Below, one piece after another: positions 50,460 to 61,487 of a stretch of 64,000 bases of DNA. The position numbers and the translations under genes are program-made. A model generated the notes under the pieces. The model was not told where the DNA came from and searched no databases. It worked only from the letters and a program-made list of their open reading frames with translations. Within the stretch, counting starts at the first letter, position 1; the number at the start of each line of letters is the position of its first letter. Source of the stretch: Laetmonice hystrix (taxonomy: Eukaryota); assembly GCA_965235115.1 (NCBI GenBank), contig OZ249441.1, positions 27,218,001-27,282,000 of the forward strand. Direction: 5' to 3'.

Positions 50460-52375
50460 CTGAAAACCAACAGAGTTAGAGCATACAATAATACCATAGT
50501 TCCACCAACACAAATTGTACAATGAATATCACTGTGGCGAGAGAGAAAAAAACCCGAGTAGTTCACTAAACTAGTGAACTATTGGTTCTTCCTCGTTATC
50601 CTGAGACTGACATATACCGTTATTGCTGAGCCATGTTGGCAACATAATCAATGTAAGGCATGTATAGGCTTGAGGTTTAATAGATTTATGTAGAGAAAAA
50701 TGCCAATAAGACACCACCAAGAAAACATCCAAGATGCAGCTAGAACACATGACGATCTTATGATCCAATCCTCTTTTCAAAGACTAGAGAGGTAACACCA
50801 CCATTACTTGGTAGGCTCGCAACACGAGATTCGTTGAATTTGTAGCAGCCTTTCTCTAATGACTCATTGCAAGGACGGCACTGAAGTCAAAAATAAAAAT
50901 CTGCTTTCCATTTGCAGCAATATGCAATCGGAAAAGCGGCAGGATACTCATCAAGCCGAAGAACACATAAAACCTCAATCTCACATGCACTCGAAATGTT
51001 TTGATCATCCGCCATTAGAAAGTATAGTGTCCAAGAAAGATTAAAATAAATAAATAAATAAATAAATAAATACAAGTCAGTTAGATTGTCTCATTATGTG
51101 ACCTTGGGAACAGAAAGCAGAATCAAAACCCGGGCCATTGAGGGCGAACACAGAATCAATCTAGCCTGGCCATGTCCTGAAACGGCTTCCATTGTCACAA
51201 ACCAAAGGCCCTTCCGTCACCTCTTTATCCGACATTTCATCCCCGTATCTCCAGGACCAGGTGAAATGTTCTTCTAGCGTATTAAACGAGGTAATCAAAG
51301 ATAGCATTCTCCGGAGTTCACTCCAAAATAGTTGCAGAATGTACATCTTGGTCGTTTTCCAGTACACTCCTTGGATTACATGTAACATGTACATGTAAAA
51401 ACCTCAAACTCCATGGGCACACCATACTGTTCAAGAATGGTTTAATTACCGTCCAACACTTTTGCGAATCAGAATGCACTGTCATTAAAATTGAATCATC
51501 TGATGAAATAGCTGCCACTTGATTCAACCTGCCCAGCATAAGAACCAATTTAACGACGGGGGTCATGAATGTGTGACCACTAGACAATAGAGAAAACATT
51601 AGTGGATGGTGAAATCGATTTCTCCGAAGTGCGACATGAAATCATGGTCTATTTCCTGAAGAAGAATGAAGAGATCCAAACAAGAGGACAAGACAAAGGA
51701 GGACACAGCGACCTTAACGTACCGTAATGTGGAGTGGTGGAATAAAAGGAAATGAAAACCCTTCAGTTCCAGGCTTCATCTCCTCCTTAATCATGAAATG
51801 CTAAAACAGATCCAGCACATCCAGAAGAGGTATACATTTGTACCTGTCCGGCCAGGAGACCCTTTGTGATCTAAAAAGGGGGAGGGGGCGTCCAACAAAA
51901 CTCACAGCACACACCATAGTCCTTAGCTCCTGGACAAATGAAGCTTTGACATTGATGGAAATGATCCTTGAATCTGTCACAAGATTCCCATATCATTTCC
52001 GAGCGTTACACAAACAATATTTGGAATAAACCACAGCTGCCCCTTAGAATACAGTTGAGTTGCTTGGAAGGAAGAATAATTCAGCTGAAATCCAAAAGGA
52101 TATATTCAGACTCAAGAGTTCGAAATACTTTAAGGCAAACATGACATTATTTATTGGCACATTTCTTTTGAGAGAGATATATCATGATATATCAGTATAT
52201 GTCACAAGCCAAGCCAAGTATATATCACAGACATTCATGAGCCATTCAACCTTACCTTACCTTATATCCACAGGGGTGATAACATATGTCTGTATATTAT
52301 AAGAAGACAATCTACTTGTATTTCATTTTACCATAATAAATGTGCAAGCCATCTGAAATACTATTTTCCACTGGG

Positions 52376-55300
52376 TCATGTACCCCGCGGCCAGCGCGGG
52401 TATGGATGCAGCCATGCTGGCTGTGAAACATTGACATGGTGGGACAGCCGAGAGTGGCGTTTGAGCCAGGGTGGAAGCGGTGGGCTCGGCACCAAGTTCT
52501 GATGAAGTGGGGGCCCCATAACATGACGGAATGGCACAGGACTAGTGGTCCTTGATCCACTCCCTAGCGTTCCAGTCCTCAGTCCCCTTCCAATAACACT
52601 AGGGTTTAAAGTTCTTAGTCCCCTTGCCATAATACTAGAACTAACTTGGCCCTTCCTTATTGCACTGGGACCCAGCGGCCTAATTCTTTGCATCATTGGT
52701 CCTATGGGACAAGGAGCTAGAGGGACAGGAACTGGGACGAAAATTATCGTGGGACGTTGATGCAACTGAGCTGGTCGTGTGTGTTGATGATGAGCATGGC
52801 TAGCTGTTTCACCTGAAGTCGAGCTATTTTTGATTCCTGAGTGAGGGGGACGTGAAAGGGAATAATTCTCCCCTTTTGGTGGAAGTTCGGATTGCTCCTT
52901 TGTTTGTTGGTCGGATGAGACACCCACTTTATTCAACACTGTGATGCAGTCACCGTCAATGTCGTCCCCACCATCCTTTAACCGTCTGAGGTCGGTATTA
53001 TCCGGCACTGTTGCAGGACTGTCTACAATTTCAATGTCCCCCTCAGGACGCTCGAGCCCTTCTAGCCTACCGTTGGTGTTTTCTGGTTCATGGTCATCCA
53101 CAGCTTCAGCTATAGGTAATGCTGAAGAGCATGAGGGAATGGGACTGGTTTGTAAATTAACTAATTGTGATAGACTGGAAGGTGAGGGGTTGTCATCCCT
53201 GACTTCCACAACATCACTGGATGATGGAATGCCGGTATCCTCTGTCCCTGGATTACCCAGTGATGTTGGACTGCTACCAACTGAGCTGGCCTCACTGAGG
53301 TCTCCAGTTCGAAGCAGAGGGCCAGGCACTGCCCCTTGGTCTGCATCAGGGGTTCTCACCTGACTTAAAGCCTGGGGGGCTGGCCCGAGCAGACCCTGCC
53401 CAGGGTTAGGACTCGGGCCAGGCTGGCCTAGGCCTTGGCCCATTACTGGGTTTAAACCTTGGCGCTGCCTCGGAGCCTGGTTCAGGCCCTGTGACACCAT
53501 CCCACCAGGTGCCATGACTTGGTTGGTTGGATTCCCGCCAGGAACTGTAGGGTGGAGACGTGGGATGTCCAAATCATCAACAACAGCTGAAACACAGGGA
53601 AAAAACAGCATAGAGCTCAGCTCAAATTCTCTACCAATCTCTGTTTTTCCATAAAGGTGGAATCAGGAAAAAATTAATTCATCATAAATAAATAACAATT
53701 CGACTTAGATAATACTTGACACTTAAAAACTAACATCTGCGAGGTGGTAACAAACATATGGGGATGACAAACTAAAAAATGGACGTCACGCTAATAGGCC
53801 CAAAATGTGAATGAAGATGTAGAAAATGCAATGGATCAGTGGCACTCGAGGGCAAACCTACCCGTGGCATGAGTGGGTGGAGGCATGGGGATATGAGCAA
53901 ACTTCTGCACGTAGTTCTCCCAGCCCAGGCTCAGCAACTCGCTCACACAATTCTGGGCACAGGGAAAAAGGTACGTCAGTAACACTGAAATTTACCTTAT
54001 GCACAGGTGAACAATTCTTGTATCCTTGACATTATCTCATTTTAAACCTAATTACAAATTTGAATACTGCTGATTATTTCCAGTAAGCAAACCAAATTAT
54101 GCCTTGTCTTACCCTGGTGTGCTTGTTGTTTGTAGTATGCTGAATCCATTGATGGAGAGATAGTGCCTTGGAATCACAAATCTGGACAACAGATATTGTT
54201 AAAGATCATTCTCAGTGATTTAAAATAACAGTAATTATAGATCTTTACTGTAAAGGCTTATCAAACATCCCAATAAATCAATTCCTGAACCAGGGGCCAA
54301 ATGCAGCTCTTCGTCCTATATTCTACAGAAATTTTACAATTTGATATCATTTGAAAGTCATCTTCTGTTTCAGTAATGTAGTTCATAGTCACTTACCGAA
54401 CATTTGTAGTCAAGGTAGACTCCGCTGACCACCAAGAGCTCTTTGTAAGTCTCCTGAAAACAGTAGAAGATTCCTACTTGAGTAATCAGTCCACTTGTAT
54501 TACATAAACTGACATCAATGAAGCACTTGTGAATCACGTCACTTTAGTTTCAATGTAGAACGAAGGACAAGGAAACATACCCTGTGTTCCTCTGGAAGAC
54601 ATGGTCCAAATGGAAGGGCGTCCAGGGCCAACAATCGGCCACCTGTACACAAAAAACATCTATCAACATCTATTAAAAAAAACATCTATAATGGCTCACG
54701 TGAACAATTAAAATAAGATAACCCTAGGTCCTCAACTATGCCACTGTCAATCACTCATTTGGCACACTAGTGCGGGCAGCAGCATGGGAGAAAATCAGCA
54801 GCCATAAGAGCCGCTTGTGATCTACACAGATGTGACATTGCAAAGAACAACAGGTGCTCTATTCTCCAGCAGATCCAAACATGTGCAGAAAAGCTTTGTT
54901 TCAAATCTTAACTATCAAAAAATGAAGTCCTAGGTGCCAGTCAATGTTAGGGGGTTATTGTATACTTACCATTTGTGAAAACCTTAGGCAGAGGGACATC
55001 TGCGTAGTATCGCATGAAGTCTTCAATTCCCATCTGGATCTGTCTGAGGACATACTTTCGACCATGGGCTCCACTTGTGAGATGGCCCCTCATGTCATCA
55101 AACTCCATTTGGCAAAGCTGTAGGTTAGAAAGGTGAAAATGGTATTAATTCATACTGGGTGCTTACAGTGATATAATGCTTGATTAAACACCAAATTCTT
55201 CAGCAATTGTTTCAGAAGAAAAAAGAAGCAATTTTATCATTTACATAAATAAGTACGTAGGATGTATATGGGGAACACAGCCTAAAAAATGTTATTTGAT

Positions 55301-57545
55301 TCGTCATATGTGCAGTTTCTGCAGCACTCGTCTGACGACTACCTGTTACCCGGTATCACTCCGATTACCCATCACATATCTATTAAATAGCAGAGTAGCT
55401 TTGCACACCAGTTACCTTGCAGACAGTATTGGAGTGTGGCCCCTGTGGCAGGAGACTTTTATCCTTGTAACAAAGCTTGCGGACCTGTGTATGAAGATTT
55501 GCCATGGCTGTTGGTTCAAGTTGGGTCCTCATCAACTTTTTGCTGTAGACGTACACCCACTGGGCCTGCGTCAGGGGGCCTCCATTGTATTCTGTGCATC
55601 AAAACAAAACTTCTAAGGTTCCAGACGCTTTAAGCTTACGCTTACTCAGATATCTAGTCAAGAAATAATGGCATGGTTTAACCAAATAGGCATTTATCAG
55701 TTATATATATTTGATAAACCAATGCATTTTATGAATTTTCCAGGAGTGTGACAGGTTTTCTAGGTCTTTCCAGCACCAGAAAAGCGATTTTTGATTTTTC
55801 AGGACTTCCCCGGAGTTTTACCATGTCTGTGAACCCTGTAACTGCAGACATCAGGGAAACACTGTGATTTCATTAAGTACTACATAGTTGACAGCAGACT
55901 CAAGGGAGTGAGCGAGTAATGTCGTTTTTACACCGTGCCGAAATCTAAGGCTATCTTCATGGTGAAAAGTAACAATACTGAAGCAGACTTAAGGGCACAA
56001 GGAACATTGAATTTTAAATAAACTTTGTTATTTCACTGACTTGGAGGCAGATCATCATCAGGTTTTGGCATGACCTCTGTGCCACCGAGCCACTCCCCTT
56101 TATCCTCATCCATTTGGCCTCCCTCCTCAGATTCACTGCAAATAAAACATATAAGACTCAGTTTGCCAATCTCCCTCGACAGTCACATAAGATAACATCA
56201 AGTCACCTGAAACGTGTACAACTGAATCAGTCCGTATGGAACGCGCATTATGGACTTCCCCTGAACGACACTGACAGATGGAATGTGCATATATAATAAA
56301 ATGGTGGAGGTGCCTACCTTGGTGGGCCCTCCCAATGAGTCCCTCCGATCCAGTCTCCCTCCGGCAGATTAGCTCTTTGATCTCTCCTCAGACTTTCACT
56401 CTCGGCTGTCAGACTGGGCTTCCTCTTCGCCTCTAATTCTCTCAACTCCAGCTCTCCCATCTCATGGGGCCTGCTGCCCCCACTTCCTCCTCCTCTTCTC
56501 CCCCCTTGGAACCGGTTCTCATCATCTCTCCTTTCTCTCTCTCCTCTCCTGTAAAGACTTTCCCTGTGTTCCTCCATCTCAGCTCGGTTTTTTTCAATCA
56601 TCTTCTGTGTATGCAGCAGTCCCTTGCAGTGTATCTTGTACATCTGCAATGACAGCATTTCCCTTCATGTATACCGCATGTTTCAGCAAGCTTACTTTTA
56701 TTTACATTCTTACTTCACATGTACCAGTTAGTAACTGTATTATCTCTTACATACATGCATGGGCCCCGGTATCCAGTTGATATTCCAATGAGCGATATTA
56801 CCCGACATTTCCCAAAATTCTCAGGGGTAGTCGCGGTGATAACGATTCTCAGTTTCGCTCAATCGGTTACCACCTGCGGCCACCCCTGGGATCTTGTTGA
56901 ATAACCTTTACAAAATCTATAAATAATCTGAATCTAAAGCTATACTCAAGTGGTATACCTCTTTACTCGGGCAGTGTATATCACAGAGCACACAGTACAT
57001 AAACTGGCCTGCGTCATTCTGCCTGCTGCTGTCAGCGGATGTTGTGGCTGGCGGTCCCCATCTTGTGCCTCGAGTCCTCTCTGGTTCTGCCCGAATGGCC
57101 GAATACCTGAGGAAAGGGTAAATAGAAATACAACTGTTGGTTCAAAGTTTGGAGCCCTCACAGCATTACATCACATTTTGCCAATTATCTCAGGAAGGGT
57201 TCTTATGAAGGTTATTATCCTACTGACACCACTATGCCAAAGCATTTTTCTTTCTGGTAGTTCGTTTACCTTCCGTTTACTAAGTTACTGGTATGCTGCC
57301 TAATTTAGAAGAATCGATGTCAATATGATTACCAGGACTTAGTTTTCACTGATTAATGATAATTTTTGCCCCCCTCCTCCCCCATTCCTCTATGGTTTCT
57401 AGTCCATCAAGGGAGTTTCATCTGGTGGTGATCTTGTTTTACCTGTCCGTCTCCTCATAGCGGTAACCTTCAATATCAGGCTGCTTGCGTACCCGGCTCC
57501 ACGAGCTGGCTTCATCATACCTCAGATCTCCTCTTCTCTCGCTCC
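52376..57545 (-). CDS. Multi matrin/U1-type C2H2 zinc-finger protein (3 fingers) with Pro-rich disordered C-terminus; start not resolved
   Basis: Phase-consistent exons 57545-57443, 57106-56959, 56643-56318, 56135-56041, 55591-55416, 55117-54970, 54642-54581, 54453-54397, 54181-54113, 53952-53862, 53586-52376. Fingers: YCVLCDIHCPSKEMYKIHCKGLLH, VCKLCQMEFDDMRGHLTSGAH, YKCSICDSKALSLHQWIQHTTNNKH. Confidence 0.85.
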
Positions 57546-60500
57546 CTGCATGATTAAAGAGAATACTTTCACCTTAGCACTTGTTACCAGACATCACGGG
57601 CAGTAGACAATGTCAAACACACATTGCTAGAAGTACACAGCAGGTGTATTTCTGTCAGACACTGATATACTCGTACAGGGGGGGGGGGGGGGTGATTGGT
57701 TTACTCCCGTGCTTGATCATAATGGCTGTAGATAAACAAAGTTCAGTGATTTCATGTCAGCTATTACTGAATCACAGCCGAGTAATGAAACCCGATAAGG
57801 AGATGAATGGTACAAGACTCTTCTGCTCTGGACATCAGTTACACCCATTAACATTAATGTGCATGTTTAAGAAAAAATTCTGAAACAAAATTATTGTGCT
57901 TTGGGTAAGAGCTCTGATGTCCAGTTAGAGTATAACTGTTAAAAAGTCACGGAAATAATGGCAACTTTCATTTAGATTTATTCAAACGGAGTGTCGCTTA
58001 ACAAATCCTCATTTAATTGATAGGGTTGGTTTCTTCTAAATGAATTTACCAATGCTAAAAAGAAAACACTCATTGAAGTAGATGCACTTGATGAAGGAAG
58101 TTACCTCCATAAGTACACTTTTACCAATACTTTTCATTGCTACACATGATGATAGTAACTGCACATACTGTAGTTGGAAGAAAGGTGTGCTTACTGCAGG
58201 TCACCAACCGTCACATCTATTTAACAACTACTGCTACTACCACACAACTATTTTCTATCTTCTCACTGCAAGACATTGGACGGACTTTGCAGTTTGACAT
58301 AATTTTCTGTAGCTAGACGCAGCTACAAATTTCAACAATCTTTTACTTTCAACACTAAACGACCACCTTCCAAGAACAGATTACCAGGCACTCGATGAGA
58401 AACGCATGATCCAGGTTATACAACTGAAGAAATTTGAACAGGCCATCCTGATCATAACTTTGATTCCCCTATGGTAAAAGTGAGTGCTAATGAAATCTTA
58501 TATGGACATGAACGTTTCTTTCTAACCATTTATTGCTTTATTGCAAAGGTGGTCTTCTAACCCATACTGGCACCTAAACCTACACGACAGGGTGACACTG
58601 CAGTACCACATATCCTTTCCACTTGTTACCCTGTCGCAGATCTGCCTACACAAAACTCGACTATCAACGAAGATTAACAACATTACACGGTAAGCCAAAA
58701 TCGTAAAAGTAGGCAGCTCTGCTATAGGTACAGTGTACATAGGTACAGTTCTTTACCTTACTTACTGCAGTGGCATCATGTTAACTTGTAGTCTAATTGC
58801 GTTAACCAGAAGCTTTCTGGCAACTCCATGCATTAGGCTTAGCTTCCGGTAGGTTCAGTACAGGTGGTTTTGTCCTGATTCAGTCACCTCGCCATCTAGA
58901 TGTCAAAACGCCGGGCCAAAGTCCTCACTCTGCTCCCACTCTCTTCATCATGTTGTCGCTTTTCACACTCCTGACGTTGTCGTTGTTGGCAAAAATCTTA
59001 GAAACTCTCTCTAGCTGCTCTGGTTGGTCATCTCGTATCTGGGTGCCAGCTACTTTCAACATGTCTCCAGAAGTCTCCGCAAACAATCCAGCGAGATCGA
59101 CTTCATTTTTGGGAACCTCTTCCGTGTTTTACATTTCACCATACTTGGCACAGATGTACTTAACCTCATTTGCTAATAGCATCGAGTCATATAATCCATA
59201 AACAATCATGTACGTGGGCATGCCTTCACAAGCGTACACCAGTTTATTAAAAACTAGAAACCAAGATATTGACTCAGAACTAGAACTATTCATCCAACCA
59301 CAGACCTCTATCAGAAAATACAATGCTCAGGTATCGCTGCAACTGTATGCAAATGAATAAATGACAGGAAGTTCTGTCACATATGCTGTGATACCCTTAT
59401 TGCAACGATTCACAATAAATTTCCTTTTGCAAAAATAATTCATTAGGTTAAATGACTTCATTTGTAAACTGTGGATTTGATTTAACTAAAAACGTAAAAG
59501 AAAGTAATGCAGATAAGCTACTACAACATGAAACACTCAATCAAATGGGAACCTTAACTGTTATGCTTAACCAGACTGTGAAAAGTAGACATTGCCGACT
59601 GCAACACGAGTAGGTGAGTTTGGTTGGGGGGTGGTTGGCTACACATGCACCTGCACATGTATTATGCCTAGTGAAACTCACATAGTTAAAACAATATGGA
59701 GAACCTTATCCATCATGAAGTTCGGTCGTGGTGTAGCAGTATTGTTATGTTTCTGCTATGTGGGAAAGCCGTCATATTCACCTCGTATTCCATTGCACTA
59801 TAGGGAAGTGATGAAGGAGGCCTTACCCAAAAGACGGGGGGGGGACGCTACATGTAGGGAGGATTTCCTTCTTTGAGGAGAGTAGGATTTTATTTGCCGG
59901 GGGGGGGGGGGCATCAGAAAAACCCTGACGTACCATAGCTGTACTCACTACTGAAAGGTAGGGTAGGCAAGGCGTGTCCAAAGTTTCCAGCATGGCTCCT
60001 CCTTCTATTCCTTGTGAGAACTTTGGATCCAATTAATACATTCTGAACCAATCAATAAAACAACCTACTCGTCGGTAACAACCAGACAGTTTCTCATTAG
60101 CAGTCATTGAGACCGTATTTACTTTAAGTATCACATAATACTGATTTCTTAGACACAATTTATTGAATGCAAGACCAATATTTTCAACAAGAAATTGTAG
60201 TACAATCACTACCACAAAACTACAAGCGAGGTCCGATCACATCCTAAATTATCTGTACTACGTCGATTTTTCTCAGAAATAGATATGATCATTCTTCAGA
60301 AGTAGAGTTGACTGATGTAAACCTCTAGACTAAAGTAATCGTGTTAAAGAGAACATAATATGTCAAAATCATGTGAAAACCTTCAGCCAACTTCACCTTT
60401 TCCGTTATAATATGCAAAATACATTTCAACACTAACATTATACCACACTGATGGTACTTCATCCAAATACTTCATTCCTCCATCCACGTTGATTCAACAT

Positions 60501-61487
60501 CACGCGGACAATATCCATAAAGACTATACAAGCTGTATTCGTCTCGAAATACACGTATACAACAGGCGTTAGGCCTTTATGACATAGTTACCCTTCCCCC
60601 GCCCCCTCATTTTCCTGGACACACACTGGTACAAACTGCTACAATATTCCTAGCCAACAGCAAGTATTTTAAAGCACACGAGCTCACGCACACCATATGC
60701 CTAAATTACTCTACAAGCTGGCTCTCTTTATGGACATTGACAACGACAGTCAGACGAATGAGCTGTTATATATACAAGATACCTTATTTCTATCGAAAAC
60801 GGACCATAATAATCAATGGTTATCATACGCTTGTGATTGTAATTGTTTACCTCCAACTAGACATTTACAGGTTAATGACCTATGGCTGTAAACTTACTGG
60901 AGGCGCAATGCTGGATACAAACCTCCATACACCGAGTTGCTGCGTTTTCGGGGAAAAGCATTGATAAAGGACAGCCATAAAAATTCTGCTTTGTTGAAAA
61001 AGAAAGGGACAAAGAGAACCCGAGAATTCACCAATTACATTAAATAAACCTTTTTCTTGGGGCGGGGGGCACTATACACGCACCAGGCTTTGCTCAGCGC
61101 AACGACCTGCGTCTAATGTCATTCTTGTGTTTCCCCCCAGTCTGGGAAACTTTTTCCAGCTAGAAACATGATACTGTACATCTTAAAACCTAAAGAAGTA
61201 TCTGCTGATTTATGTGGACATTCCACATTTCTTACCCTAGATGCCAACATTGCATTTATAACATCGACTTTCAGACTTTATTGGCTTGCTAACTATCATG
61301 CACCATACGTAATAAAACGTTACAGCTATACAAGCAAACATCATATCAGGACAGAGGCAACTCATTTGTACTCATCACAAACATTCCTACAAATTACTTG
61401 TAGTATACTTTCATTATCTTATGTGGCAGCAATTTCTGCATCCTAACATAACGCAATATCGCTGTTTGATGCAAATTAATCACAATT

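Noticed and set aside
58766-59323. First coding exon of the zinc-finger gene
   Set aside because: There is a strong donor at 58766, but the only frame compatible with exon 57545 has a stop just upstream, and all frames are interrupted; at most it is a UTR or alternative non-coding exon.
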